This document shows positions 27,001-37,500 of a DNA stretch of 64,000 nucleotides, piece after piece. Location of the stretch: the IMG/VR virus record IMGVR_UViG_3300032007_001727, one strand, 5' to 3'. Source of the DNA: a virus (Duplodnaviria; Caudoviricetes). A program made the position numbers and the translations under genes. The notes under the pieces are model-generated. The model had not been told where the DNA came from. It saw nothing but the letters and a program-made list of their open reading frames with translations, and made no database searches. Position 1 is the first letter of the stretch. Each line of letters opens with the position of its first letter.

Positions 27001-28906
27001 ATATGCTTAATGTGAGATAGTCTTGAGAATAGTCATGTGCCGGATTATAGATACAGTTCTCCGTCACGACGCTGCTTACACGCCCCCTATACTGTGAATA
27101 GGCTTCAACAATGGTGTCTGCCGTTATTGGTATGGGTACGTCATACAAGATATAACTTCCACTTTGGTCTAGTCTGTAGTATATCACAGAACCTTGCGTC
27201 GAACATTCAATTGTCACTTGTGTGCCGTTGCACATTATAACCGGAGAAGTTAACTGAACGGGGCTATATATGCAGTTTTCGGTTACCGTGGCACTTTTGG
27301 TACCGCCTATCTGAGCATACGCTTGAACAATTGTGTCCGCCGTGATTTCTATTTCCTCAGAATACAACGCATAGTCACCGGTTTCATTTAGTCTGTAGTA
27401 AATGTCCGCATTTGAGGTATCTGATACGATTGTGACTATTTCACCGTCACAATATATGGTCGGCCGCTTGACATCACTCTCGTATTGGCAGTGATATGAT
27501 GTAATAGGACTTTTCTCACTGTCAATTTCAGCATATGCTTGTACGAATGTGTCATCATAGATTGTAAATGCCGAGGAATAGACCAAATACACTCCGGTAC
27601 CGTTTAAGCGATAGCGGATGGTTGCCCCCACGGTATCACAAGCCATTGTGACCTCATTGTTATTACATGCGATGGTAGGAGCGGCAATATTCGTCAGTTT
27701 CGATATTTGGAAATTCTTGACGTTAATGTTTGAATATCTGTATGCCCCGCCGCTAGCATTCATGGCATATCCAATCGTCACCTTAAGATATTTAAGTTCT
27801 TCAATATCCGGGAACTTGGCGTTTTTTGAGTATATAACCGCACCGTTTACCATATTCTCACATACAAATATATTGGTGCTTGCTGTAGGATTATATGTTA
27901 TCCTCAGATTATATTCAGCCGTTGTTCCGGTTAATAATGTAGGACTTATTGTCGTATTTGTATTATTTGTACCGCTGAACTGCGTACCCAATATAATGTA
28001 CTTGTTTGTTGATGTCTGTCTCAATTGAAAACCATACCAAGGCTCCGGCGTGGCTCTCTTCATCGTCAGTATATTATGGTGATTCTCGTCTTGGTTTGGC
28101 GGTTGGTTGGAGAAGTCAATCGTGAAATTGAAGTCAATGACAAAACCTTGGGTCAAGTCAAACGCATAATATTCCGTGTTGACACCGTCACCGCTGAATG
28201 ACTTTACACCGTCCGGGTTATTGCTAGTATCGATAGCATATCCAACGATAACCTCTTCTCCATTCTCATCATATGCTATTTGCTGCGTGTCAATGTTTCC
28301 GCTTGGGTCGATTACCTCATTGGTCCTTTCACTAGGTTCACCGTCTGAACCGTACACAATGGTTGTGACGCTCGTGCTTTCCGTACCATCTTCGTTCTCA
28401 GTTACGGTTGTTGTGATATTTGTTAGTTCATCGGTGTCCTCATTTATTACAGTTTCACTTGATGTCTCACTGCTTGAGCCGCTTGAATAGGTTATCACTG
28501 CGTCCATTGTCGCCGAAAGTTCACCGTATTCAGCCCTTATCGTTATTTGGTTTCCATTTGCGGTATTGTTGATTATTAACAAGCCATTAGCACCGAAAGA
28601 GGCATATTGTAAGCCGCTGTCAAGTGACCATGTGGCATTGTTCACTTCCCTTCCGTTCACCAATGCAACATACGTACAAGATTCACTAGTCACACTCTTT
28701 GCACCGCTGATTTCCAAGTTGCTGTATGACCTTCCGGCAAACTTGAATGATGTAACCGCACTAGTGGTTGCAGTTGTCACCCAAGTCCCGTTCTGTTTCA
28801 CGAAAACATTTGAAATGCTTCCGCTAGTCCACACTCCGTTCTGCTTGATTCCGAATCCGTTAACCTCAGACAAGGAACCATCGTTCTTAAAAAATACTCT
28901 CGTCAT
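24080..28906 (-). CDS. 1608-aa multidomain protein: Ig-like, LamG-like, FN3/chitobiase-type repeats, LRR and C-terminal GH2 glycoside hydrolase
   Basis: GH2 motifs LRGVCMHDD, NFIRLAHYPH, YDRCDALGIVV, NHPCIIFWSLSNE (acid/base) and FSEYG (nucleophile). Four P.I.C.G..VTI..IYYRL..Y..PI.ITADT..EAY repeats; TAP.LPA.TL..CY LRRs. Confidence 0.85.
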   Translation of the reverse strand: MTRVFFKNDGSLSEVNGFGIKQNGVWTSGSISNVFVKQNGTWVTTATTSAVTSFKFAGRSYSNLEISGAKSVTSESCTYVALVNGREVNNATWSLDSGLQYASFGANGLLIINNTANGNQITIRAEYGELSATMDAVITYSSGSSSETSSETVINEDTDELTNITTTVTENEDGTESTSVTTIVYGSDGEPSERTNEVIDPSGNIDTQQIAYDENGEEVIVGYAIDTSNNPDGVKSFSGDGVNTEYYAFDLTQGFVIDFNFTIDFSNQPPNQDENHHNILTMKRATPEPWYGFQLRQTSTNKYIILGTQFSGTNNTNTTISPTLLTGTTAEYNLRITYNPTASTNIFVCENMVNGAVIYSKNAKFPDIEELKYLKVTIGYAMNASGGAYRYSNINVKNFQISKLTNIAAPTIACNNNEVTMACDTVGATIRYRLNGTGVYLVYSSAFTIYDDTFVQAYAEIDSEKSPITSYHCQYESDVKRPTIYCDGEIVTIVSDTSNADIYYRLNETGDYALYSEEIEITADTIVQAYAQIGGTKSATVTENCIYSPVQLTSPVIMCNGTQVTIECSTQGSVIYYRLDQSGSYILYDVPIPITADTIVEAYSQYRGRVSSVVTENCIYNPAHDYSQDYLTLSILSGGTIKWNSIGSGQAKTIQYSLNNGQWTSITASTATTITVAAGDSLRLKGTNVSYASSKSNYSGFEGGTATFNAEGNIMSLIYGDNFLNKTTFSGGTYNFCSLFKLSSVVSAENLVLPCTTLTEYCYRALFSKCTTLTTAPKLPALTLTKGCYWYMFEECGIQSAPELLAPILVQECYGNMFTGCTHLNFIKCLAIDGFNASNCKQNWVKSVSSSGTFVKDSGVSVTTWTRGASGIPTSWVVVDETAITPPEIMYDGFSIISLSCSTVNANIYYRLDKNGAYSGYSSPITITADTTIEAYSELNTDTSRTVSEYCQYVSDVPYEASNRDLTSWRYNGQTVSTPYSVNAIDGHSSSYAKGEFTFETSFALREKHPAYLWFQHADQSASIYIDNTLVEKHWGGYNAFFTDISEYVHSGTNEVMVVLKNNEGNKLAPAAGDFNFNATLGNVKLFTSEYMPLPEYGYDGFHVTSTVSSDTATINVMTTIPSGASVTLTIDDGTYHHTETKASENEEIIFITTISNPHLWNGTSDPHLYTITMEIRHNGDLYHRYVRPYGLRYYEYVIDDTEKVGTAQNPYTGFLLNGSPYLLRGVCMHDDIDGKANALTDSDYTQTFSIIQELGCNFIRLAHYPHPKEVYDRCDALGIVVQTEVPCVNKMQTTMPNEYYTHLEGQYTDMVNQHYNHPCIIFWSLSNETTTDDKNFAKGKIESYTSIIKNLDSDRWVGYVLSQGNSTNPSAYFNNPNVDWFGCNIYVGWYDQPNMNTPVNQLNTRTANTITALHKPMAFSEYGCGGTQRCHSDDFMTTTTRGNYERHDIEYMMWLHEGHIATIKQYPQLLFTAQWQLFDIAVYNRNEGYTVCLDGENTSIDDNLRRLNDKGLVERDHRTKKDAFYLYKAWWNPAPFIHICGKNYTKTVDRVIKCYTNDGNSASLYVNDTFIETVTVTNNIASFTARTFTSGDTVRVQTTNSSDSFEI

Positions 28907-28908
28907 GT

Positions 28909-29595
28909 CTATACCGTCGTTTGTACAAAAATATCTCCATTATTTCCTTGGTCGGAACTTGGCGTATTTGTACCGGTATAGATGCTAGACAACGTTACGA
29001 GTGTCCAAGCACCGTCAACGACCATTAATACCTTTCCATTATCTGCGCTAGTGACACTTGGCAGTCCGCCGACATTTCCAAGGTCTATGGTTACGCTTGA
29101 GGAGGAATTAAGGGTAAAGGTACCGGCAGTCGTTCCGTTTATTGTTATTGTAATTGTGGAATCATTTACAGTCGGTATTGTCGGCTTGTTCAAAATCTGA
29201 GCAACACCGCTGCTTGCATTCCAATCAGACTGTGTAGATGCATTCGTCCTAATCGTACTTAAGTCATTTATCACGTCTTGTTTTTCATCGAGTCTTTCAT
29301 TCAAATCATTTAATGCTGCTGCCGTTATCTCTTCATTCTCGATAATAACGTCCGTAACAGTCAATGCGCTATTCGAACCGGTGAATCCACTTCCCAATTT
29401 CTGTTCCGTATAGTAGTCATCGGAGGAGAATCTTACAATTTCACTGTTCGAATTCTTTATCGATATGGTCTCATACCCATCAGCATAGTTTACGGCCACC
29501 TCTCCCTCTAGCAATGAATTGCTCAACGGGAGTTTCGGTTGCCCATCGTTTATAACATTACTTTTAATGTGTTGAATATGTTCGATATTTTTCAT
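28909..29595 (-). CDS. tail-fibre-like structural protein
   Basis: LLEGEVAVNYADG N-terminal motif, QSDWN..ILNKPTIP, LPSVTSADNGKVLMVVDGAW and G.NGDIF motifs common in phage fibres. Confidence 0.6.
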   Translation of the reverse strand: MKNIEHIQHIKSNVINDGQPKLPLSNSLLEGEVAVNYADGYETISIKNSNSEIVRFSSDDYYTEQKLGSGFTGSNSALTVTDVIIENEEITAAALNDLNERLDEKQDVINDLSTIRTNASTQSDWNASSGVAQILNKPTIPTVNDSTITITINGTTAGTFTLNSSSSVTIDLGNVGGLPSVTSADNGKVLMVVDGAWTLVTLSSIYTGTNTPSSDQGNNGDIFVQTTV

Positions 29596-29672
29596 GATTT
29601 ATATTAGTTTCCTTATAAATAGTGTGAAAAAACTAATTTATCACCTAATATTTGTAAAAAATTTTCAAAAAG

Positions 29673-29758
29673 AAAAAATGCAGCCGCTTATGACTGCATT
29701 TTTATCAATTATTTGAATTGATTTAAAGAAAGGTGGTCAGATATTGACCACCTTTTTT
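29673..29758. terminator. Two tandem terminator hairpins
   Basis: ATGCAGCCG-CTTA-TGACTGCAT and AAAGGTGGTCA..TGACCACCTTT, downstream of the LRR gene. Confidence 0.7.
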
Positions 29759-29762
29759 ATTG

Positions 29763-30626
29763 TTATTGTTCGACCTTTGTCCAATAATACAATTTACTCA
29801 ACCAATCATCATAGCCGCTGCTACCTTGTGGAACATAGAGAGTACCATTAGTCTTAACTCTATAAAAAGTATTATTTGTTGTTGTTGGTGCTGTTGTGGC
29901 AAGCGAGGTTATTGCTGATAAACTACTACAATAACCGAAAGCATTACTACCAATACTTGTAACACCACTACCAATTGTACAAGTTGTCATAGCAGAACAA
30001 CTTTGAAAAGCATAATCACCAACGTTAGTAACAGTATTTGGTATTGTTATATTTGTTAAACTAGAACATTGGGTGAAAGCACCACGACTGATGCTTGTAA
30101 CACCACTGCCAATATTGCAAGTTGTTAAGGCAGTACAACCAGCGAAAGCACTATCAATAATGCTTGTAACACTGTCCGGTATCGTTATGCTTGTTAAACT
30201 AGAACAATTTCGGAAAACATCATCATCAATACGTGTAATGCCACTTGGAATTGTTATGCTTGTTAAACTAGTACAATCTTGGAAAGCATTATAACCAATG
30301 CTTGTAACACCACTGCCAATTGTACAAGTTGTCATTGCAGAACATCCTCTGAAAGTCATGGGACTAATACTTGTACAAGGTTCGCCAATTTCAGCACTGA
30401 CACAAGTTGCGCTGTAATCCCTTATCATTGCTTGTGTAAGTTGTCCACTTCCTTCAATTTTAACAACTTCACCATTGTTAAGGGTTAATTTACATAATGG
30501 TGGAGGAATGGGATTATAATGCACATCACCCTCAGCAGCACAAAGTGATACATTTGGTTTCGGGTAGTCTGTTGCAACATATGCCGTATAATCAGCATGT
30601 GTTGCAAATTCTTTAACATATTTCAT
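29763..30626 (-). CDS. BspA-type leucine-rich repeat protein (LRR_5)
   Basis: 23-aa repeats VTSIG..AF..C.SLTSITIP; N- and C-caps shared with 59850..61544. Confidence 0.9.
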   Translation of the reverse strand: MKYVKEFATHADYTAYVATDYPKPNVSLCAAEGDVHYNPIPPPLCKLTLNNGEVVKIEGSGQLTQAMIRDYSATCVSAEIGEPCTSISPMTFRGCSAMTTCTIGSGVTSIGYNAFQDCTSLTSITIPSGITRIDDDVFRNCSSLTSITIPDSVTSIIDSAFAGCTALTTCNIGSGVTSISRGAFTQCSSLTNITIPNTVTNVGDYAFQSCSAMTTCTIGSGVTSIGSNAFGYCSSLSAITSLATTAPTTTNNTFYRVKTNGTLYVPQGSSGYDDWLSKLYYWTKVEQ

Positions 30627-30743
30627 AATTTTCTAAATAAAGATTTTTTAAAAATGAGTTATTATTTTTCTTACTATAAATACTTTATTAATCTTTAAAA
30701 AGAAATATTTTTACCTATATTTATATAGGAAAAAACTATATTA

Positions 30744-31133
30744 ATGGCTAAGAAACAGTATTTTGGTATAAAGTATCCATTTACATCAGATGACTTCCAA
30801 AAGTTCTATGTAGATGTTAATTCCGACACCAAGGACAAGGTGAGGAGTCAACTCATGCACGTTGTATTCACGCCAAAGGGTCAAAGGATAAGGATGCCGG
30901 AATTCGGTACGGACTTGATAAAATTCATATTTGACCCGGACGAGGGAATCACGTGGGAATCAATCAAGAGTGAGGTGAGCGAGTCTGTTAACAGATGGAT
31001 TAATAATGTTAAGGTTAATGACATACAAGTTGTCAAGAATGAGAATGATGACTCTGAGATATATGTGAGACTCGATTACAGCGTCATTGAGGGGAATAAG
31101 GTTACAAACGATAGCATAGGCGTAAAGATATAA
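30744..31133 (+). CDS. baseplate wedge subunit, gp25/GPW-like
   Basis: FTPKGQRIRMPEFGTDL..FIFDP motif. Confidence 0.85.
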   Translation: MAKKQYFGIKYPFTSDDFQKFYVDVNSDTKDKVRSQLMHVVFTPKGQRIRMPEFGTDLIKFIFDPDEGITWESIKSEVSESVNRWINNVKVNDIQVVKNENDDSEIYVRLDYSVIEGNKVTNDSIGVKI

Positions 31134-32263
31134 TGGGTAAGAAAATGACCAAGGAGGAGTTTGCTGAAAGGTCTAAGGCTGTTCATGGAGACAAGTATGA
31201 CTATTCAATGGTCGATTACGTAAATAATAGAACCAAGGTTTGTATAATCTGCCCAAAACATGGAGAATTTTGGCAAACCCCTAGTGACCATTTGTTAGGA
31301 AAAGGATGCAAAAGATGCAGTGTTGAGAAAAACCATAAACTAATGAGTAGTGAGGAATGGATTAAACTCGCAAAGAAACATTCTAGTGAGCCTTATGACT
31401 ACTCAAGAGTTGAATACAAAGGAAACAAGAAAAAGGTAGAAATAATTTGTCCGAAGCACGGTCCGTTTCATATCAGACCAAATGATTTCCTAAGTGGACA
31501 CCGGTGCCCGAAATGCGGAATTGAAAACCGAGTCAGTAAAGTCTCAACCAAACAATGCGAATTCATTAGGAAACTCCATTCAGTATTTCCGGAATATGAC
31601 ACCTCTGAGGTTGAATATATAAACTCACATACAAAAGTTAGGCTATACTGTAACAGACACGGTTGGTTTGAGTCTCTGCCATATCACTTGCTAAGTGGAC
31701 ACGGATGTTATAAATGCGGGCAGGAATCGACCCATAACAAGCAGAGAAAAAGCCTAGAGACCTTCATCAGAGAAGCAAAGTCAGTCCATGGAGACAAGTA
31801 TGATTACTCCAACTCTGAATACTTGAACAGAGATTCAAAGTTATGCATAGTATGTCCGAAGCACGGTGAATTTTGGCAAACGCCACACGCCCATGTTGAC
31901 TTGCACCGTGGATGTCCGATATGCAACAACAGCCTTCTAGAGGAAAGAATCTCAAAGGTTCTAGACGGTGAGGGAATAAAATTTGAACGTGAGAAGAAAT
32001 TCGATTGGCTTAGACAACAGAGATTGGATTTCTATCTTCCGGAATATAACGTAGGGATTGAATGTCAAGGTATACAGCATTTTGAACCGGTCGCCTATTT
32101 CGGCGGAAATGACGGATTTGAATACCGTAAGGCAAATGATGAAAAGAAACTGAGACTCTGCACGGAAAACAATGTGAGACTTCTATATTACTCAGACTAT
32201 GACTGTCCGACAGTCTACACTGACACGAATAAACTGATAAACGATATAAAAAATGGCTTCTAA
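31133..32263 (+). CDS. homing endonuclease with Zn-ribbon repeats and C-terminal PD-(D/E)XK domain
   Basis: Four YDYS.V.Y..KV.I.CPKHG.F..P..HL.G.GC..C repeats, then LDFYLPEYNVGIECQG.QHF. Confidence 0.8.
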   Translation: MGKKMTKEEFAERSKAVHGDKYDYSMVDYVNNRTKVCIICPKHGEFWQTPSDHLLGKGCKRCSVEKNHKLMSSEEWIKLAKKHSSEPYDYSRVEYKGNKKKVEIICPKHGPFHIRPNDFLSGHRCPKCGIENRVSKVSTKQCEFIRKLHSVFPEYDTSEVEYINSHTKVRLYCNRHGWFESLPYHLLSGHGCYKCGQESTHNKQRKSLETFIREAKSVHGDKYDYSNSEYLNRDSKLCIVCPKHGEFWQTPHAHVDLHRGCPICNNSLLEERISKVLDGEGIKFEREKKFDWLRQQRLDFYLPEYNVGIECQGIQHFEPVAYFGGNDGFEYRKANDEKKLRLCTENNVRLLYYSDYDCPTVYTDTNKLINDIKNGF

Positions 32264-34277
32264 GAAAATAAACTATCTTTCACGTGACTTTGACACGATA
32301 AAGGATGAATTAATTAAATTCTCAAATAAGTATTATCCGGAGTTGTCGGATAGTTTTAATGACTCAAGCGTTGGTGCTTGGTTCATTGACCTCGTTGCTG
32401 CAATTGGAGATGATTTAAGTTATCATACGGACAGGACCTACCAAGAAACTAATATTGATAGTGCTAATCTGAGGAGTAGTGTATTAAATCAAGCGAGGGC
32501 AAACGGTCTTAAGATACCTAGCAAGAAGGCATCTATTTGTGAAATTGAACTTAGTTGCGTACTTCCGACTGATAGTGAGAACATAAGTCTCCCGAATTGG
32601 AATTATGCACCGATAGTCCAAAGCACTAGCGTAGTTTCTGCCGGTGAGTATAACTTTCAGTTGACTGAGGATGTGAATTTCGCAGAGCAGTTCAATTCTG
32701 AAGGGTTCTCGAACCGCAAAATGATACCGGCAAGGGACGGTAATGGAAACATTACCGGATATACCGTATCAAAGTCAACGATTGCAGTAAACGGCGTTAC
32801 GAAAGTCTACAAGAAAGTCATCTATCAAAATGACTTGAGACCGTTCATGGAGGTTGTACTTCCGGAACAAAACGTGATGAATGTTGAGTCGATTATATTC
32901 AAGGAAACCTCTGATTTCAATGCAAATCCTAGTATCTATGAATATTATATTGACGAGGAACAATATATGATTAGCAGTGAAGCGGTTATGACGTACCATT
33001 ATTTCGAGTGTGACTCGTTAGCCGACCAATATAGGTTCGCAAGTGAAGCAAATATCGACAAGTATGTCATAAATGACATATATACACCACACTTGTATGA
33101 TGACTACTATGAGATTATCAAGGATGATAATGGTGAAATAAAGACCGCTAGGACTAGCCGTTACTATCGTGGAAAATGGAAGCCCCTTACACAGAAGTTT
33201 ATCACTGAGTTCACCGACAACGGCTATCTTAAGATAATATTCGGTGCTAGCAACGGATATGAGACACTACCATCCGGACAAACTACCTATGGTGACTATG
33301 TTTCGTCTAAGTTGGTAAACAATGACATGTTGGGTGTTTTGCCGAAGGAAGGATGGACGATGTATGTCCTCTACAGAGTCGGAGGAGGGGTTTCGACCAA
33401 CTTGGGTCCAAACTCCATCAACAAGATAACCTTGGCAAACATAGATTGGGGAGGAACGACCGGAAGCACTGACGGAAGCGTTAGGGGAAGTGTGGTCACT
33501 TCACTTAGGGTAACGAACCCGTCTACCGCCGTTGCGGGAAAGGACGAGCCGTCAACCGAGGAAATCAAGGCATTGATGAAATACAACACCAATTCACAGA
33601 ACAGAGCCGTTACCGTTAACGACTATAGGGTGAAACTTATGCAGATGCCGCCAAAGTACGGCGCACCGTTCAGAAATACCGTAATTGAGGCAAACAATAA
33701 GATTGAAATGGACTTTCTAGGCATAAATGCGGTTGGTCAGTTGGATTCTGCGCTTCCGCAGACGCTCGTTGAGAACGTCATTGAGTATATGTCCAAATAT
33801 AAGCAACTGAATGATTACATTGAAATAAGGAGTGGAAGAATCTATAATATAGGGGTTCTCATTGAGATTTTCATCAGTAAGAACTATAACATTGCAAATG
33901 TTATCTCTAGCGTCATTGAAAGAGTCAAGGACTATTTTGACGTTTCGAAGCATGAAATGGGTGATGACATCTTCGTTGGTGACTTGGAGAAGGAGATAAC
34001 CTTGTTGGACGGTGTAGTTAGCCTCATTAACCTAAGAATATTTAAGATTTGGAACGGTGAATACAGTGTTGACGTGTGTCCGTTGCCTACATTGTCACTA
34101 GGTGACGGGTGCTCGACTAGACCTAGTGAGGTGTTTATTACACCGGGTGACGGTGATTCGAATTCTGAGGAAATTGACTTGCTTGCGTGTGACAAGGTAC
34201 TTAGGTCGGACTACAATAGCATGTTTGAGGTGAAAAATCCTAACGTGGATATTCAGTGTCACATTAAGACCGTTTAA
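32253..34277 (+). CDS. baseplate wedge protein, T4 gp6/Baseplate J-like
   Basis: INYLSRDFD.IK, DDLSYHTD..QE.NIDSA, IIFG, YRVGGG..N, QNRAVT..DY. Confidence 0.85.
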   Translation: MASKKINYLSRDFDTIKDELIKFSNKYYPELSDSFNDSSVGAWFIDLVAAIGDDLSYHTDRTYQETNIDSANLRSSVLNQARANGLKIPSKKASICEIELSCVLPTDSENISLPNWNYAPIVQSTSVVSAGEYNFQLTEDVNFAEQFNSEGFSNRKMIPARDGNGNITGYTVSKSTIAVNGVTKVYKKVIYQNDLRPFMEVVLPEQNVMNVESIIFKETSDFNANPSIYEYYIDEEQYMISSEAVMTYHYFECDSLADQYRFASEANIDKYVINDIYTPHLYDDYYEIIKDDNGEIKTARTSRYYRGKWKPLTQKFITEFTDNGYLKIIFGASNGYETLPSGQTTYGDYVSSKLVNNDMLGVLPKEGWTMYVLYRVGGGVSTNLGPNSINKITLANIDWGGTTGSTDGSVRGSVVTSLRVTNPSTAVAGKDEPSTEEIKALMKYNTNSQNRAVTVNDYRVKLMQMPPKYGAPFRNTVIEANNKIEMDFLGINAVGQLDSALPQTLVENVIEYMSKYKQLNDYIEIRSGRIYNIGVLIEIFISKNYNIANVISSVIERVKDYFDVSKHEMGDDIFVGDLEKEITLLDGVVSLINLRIFKIWNGEYSVDVCPLPTLSLGDGCSTRPSEVFITPGDGDSNSEEIDLLACDKVLRSDYNSMFEVKNPNVDIQCHIKTV

Positions 34278-34304
34278 ACCTAAAGTTAAAAAATGTTTTT
34301 TTGA

Positions 34305-34556
34305 ATGAGTTGCGATTGTAAGAAGAAAATGATTTTGGAGGATAAATACGGTGAAAAGGTTGATGAGACCGTATTTGACAAGACATTAAGGTTCTGTTGG
34401 TCATTGATGATGTTTTCGATTGCTATTCTGCTTGCAGTAGTGATTGTGCCGGTAATGGTTGTCATCATAATATATAAACTAGCCTTCAAGGATGATACAA
34501 ACATAATTTTACCCAATTTTCTAGGGAAATATCTTAAGGATTCAAATAATGGATAA
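34305..34556 (+). CDS. small membrane protein
   Basis: MSCDC start and a long hydrophobic segment; overlaps the next start. Confidence 0.65.
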   Translation: MSCDCKKKMILEDKYGEKVDETVFDKTLRFCWSLMMFSIAILLAVVIVPVMVVIIIYKLAFKDDTNIILPNFLGKYLKDSNNG

Positions 34557-37500
34557 AAGTTTTAGAGTACATACAAATATATCAAGCGATACCGTCTTGA
34601 ATGTGAACATGAAGCAAGACTTTGACTTCTTGGAGGTCTTGTCATTGAAATTGCGCCAAAAGGATGCATACAGACTGCATTCGTCCAATTATGGCGTAAT
34701 AGTGGGAAGGGTGTTGGCAAACGAGGCATTCGGAATTCCGAACGCAAAGGTGTCCGTGTTCATAGAGAAAGAGTCCGATGATACTACGGATATGGAGTCA
34801 ATTTATCCTTATTATGAGGTAACGTCGAAGGACAAGGAGGGTCGCAGATATAACCTACTTCCGGATGAGAGTGATGATAAGTGCTATAAGGTTGTAGGAA
34901 CATTCCCGAGCAAAAGATTGGTGTTGGATGACAACGTCCAACTTGAAATATATGATAAGTATTGGAAATACACGACAGTCACCAATAATTCCGGTGACTA
35001 TATGTTGTATGGGGTTCCTACCGGTACCTTGACAATCCATGTTGACTTGGACTTGTCCGACATAGGCGTATTGTCACAGAAACCGCGAGACTTTGAATAT
35101 AAGGGCTATAACATAACAATGTTTGACAGCCCGAACCAATTCAAGGACGGGACCAATTTGGACGGATTGGCACAGTTATTTGCACAGAATAAGAGTGTGT
35201 ATGTATACCCGTTTTGGGGTGATTCCGATAACGGGACCGCTGCAATAACACGTTCAGATATTGAAATCCAATATAAGTTCGAGCCAACTTGCGTGTTTAT
35301 GGGTTCGATTGTATCAGACAACGAGGGCCATGCAATAGGACACAAGTGTTCCCCGGATATCGAGAACGGTATCAACTCACAGTTAATAGGCGGTAACGGA
35401 ACCATTGAAATGATTCGTAAGACCACGGACGGACTTGTAGAGGAATTTCAGATACAAGGAAATCAACTTATCGATGAAAACGGTGTTTGGTGCTATCAGA
35501 TACCGATGAACTTGGATTATATCGGCACGGATGAATATGGCAATATCGTACCTACGGATAACCCGTCAAAGGGTATTCCTACTAGGACTCAAGTTAGGTT
35601 CAGAATAAGCAAGACCGAGACCAATTCTGAGGGGTTCTCTAGACATACCGCAAAGTACTTGGTTCCAATGAACCCTATGTTCAGTGAAGACAGCAATCAA
35701 CCAAAAATCGATTATAACGGCTCTGAAATCGAGAAGATGTACTCTTTCGGTTCATCCACTCCGCTTAGTTGTTTTAGGGACTTGTATTGGAATAATGTGT
35801 ATAGTGTGAAAAACTATATACCGAAGACACAAGTTGCACACCGTGCATATGCCAAGAACTATTGTGCATTGAAGGGTTCAAACTTGGCTGATGACCAAAA
35901 TCCGATACCCTTTAACAAGTTGAATATAAACTTGCCATTCCTCTATATGGTGGTATGTATCATTTACCGTATAATGGTGAAGGTTGTGAAAATGATAAAC
36001 AAGATTATATCCTTCTTGTATTGGTTGGTGTATAAGTGTTGCATAAAGATTTTCAGATGGAAGATATGTCCCTTCAGACCGCTGAGACACTTGTTGGGTG
36101 ACTTGTCTTGTATTACAATGTCAGCCGGTGGTGATGAGGGAAACATCGCCTATTACCCCGGGTGTTCAAAGTCGGCGATGAACGATTCTTCGTGTCCGGA
36201 CGATATGTTGGGAAGTTGCAGAAAGAGCAATGATGACAAGAAACTAATGGATGCCATACAAAGAAATCTTGCATTGGAATTCAAGATTGTAAGATTGGAC
36301 TTGTATCAAGATTGGATTAACGGGTGTCTCTATATGCCTCTATGGTATTGGAAGAAGCGGAAAAAGAGAAAATTCCTAGGTATTACGATAATGAGAGCAA
36401 AAAATCAGTTTTGCTCCGATGAGTCTTTCTACTCTAGGCTTAAGAGTATTGTGACTTGCAATATTGGGTATACCGATACTAATTTGTCGGTTAGTAACAA
36501 TAAGAGCAGTATGCCGGACAGTGAGAAGAGGTGGCACAAGAACAAGAGCGGTAGCGTGAGGTATTATAGGGGCCTAATCAAGCCGGTTGAAAATAATGAC
36601 GGGCTTACCGTATATTACTATAGTGCATTACAAGCAACCACTGATAATGATAACCCGAAACTTGAAATGGTTAGAAGACCGAAGAACTTCAATGCCGTTC
36701 GTCTTTTTGCAACTGACATTATATTATTGGGTAACTTGGACCCACATAACATATACGGCATACCGCAATTCTTTGAATGCTTGCCGTCAACGACGGCTAA
36801 TGTTCCGCCTATTGCCACCATAGAAGAGGATACTAGCGACGGTGAAAATTCATCAAATAATAGCAATGAGGGATTAAACGGAAATGATGAGGATAGCGGA
36901 ACAACCGTTACCACCGGTATGGATTGGAACCATGACGGTGAGAAGCAGAGTCCGAAACTGAAGACCGGTCTTTTCATGGATTTGGAATGTACATATGCCA
37001 ATACTAGGCCAAAGTCTTGCATTAATGTTGAGAGGATGAGTGAACTTGGTGTGTCGTTGGATACCACACATAGGGTTGCATACTCCTCAAATGGTGAATT
37101 GAAGTATGGAGATATTGAAAACGACGGCTTCATAAGCAAGTATGAACTTGATGATATGGAAAACCGGTCAATGTTTGCAACAATGAACCATATCGGATTC
37201 ATACCACAAGAATATCAAGACATGCATGACGGATATGAGACCCAAGTCCGTGACGAGAGGACAAACTACCTCATACCGAAATTCAAATACATATATCCGG
37301 TGGACTTTGACGGAAGGTTGCAGTTGCCAATGTCAATGTATAGGAACGGGTTCCAACAGTCAATGTTTGACGAGAGGGACCAATCCTATGTTACATTTAG
37401 GCTAGGTGCTGAGGAAAATAATGATAAAATTAGAAATAATGAGAATAGGATAAGACATTTCTATATCCAACGCGACGGTGTATATTCAATGCCGTTATAT

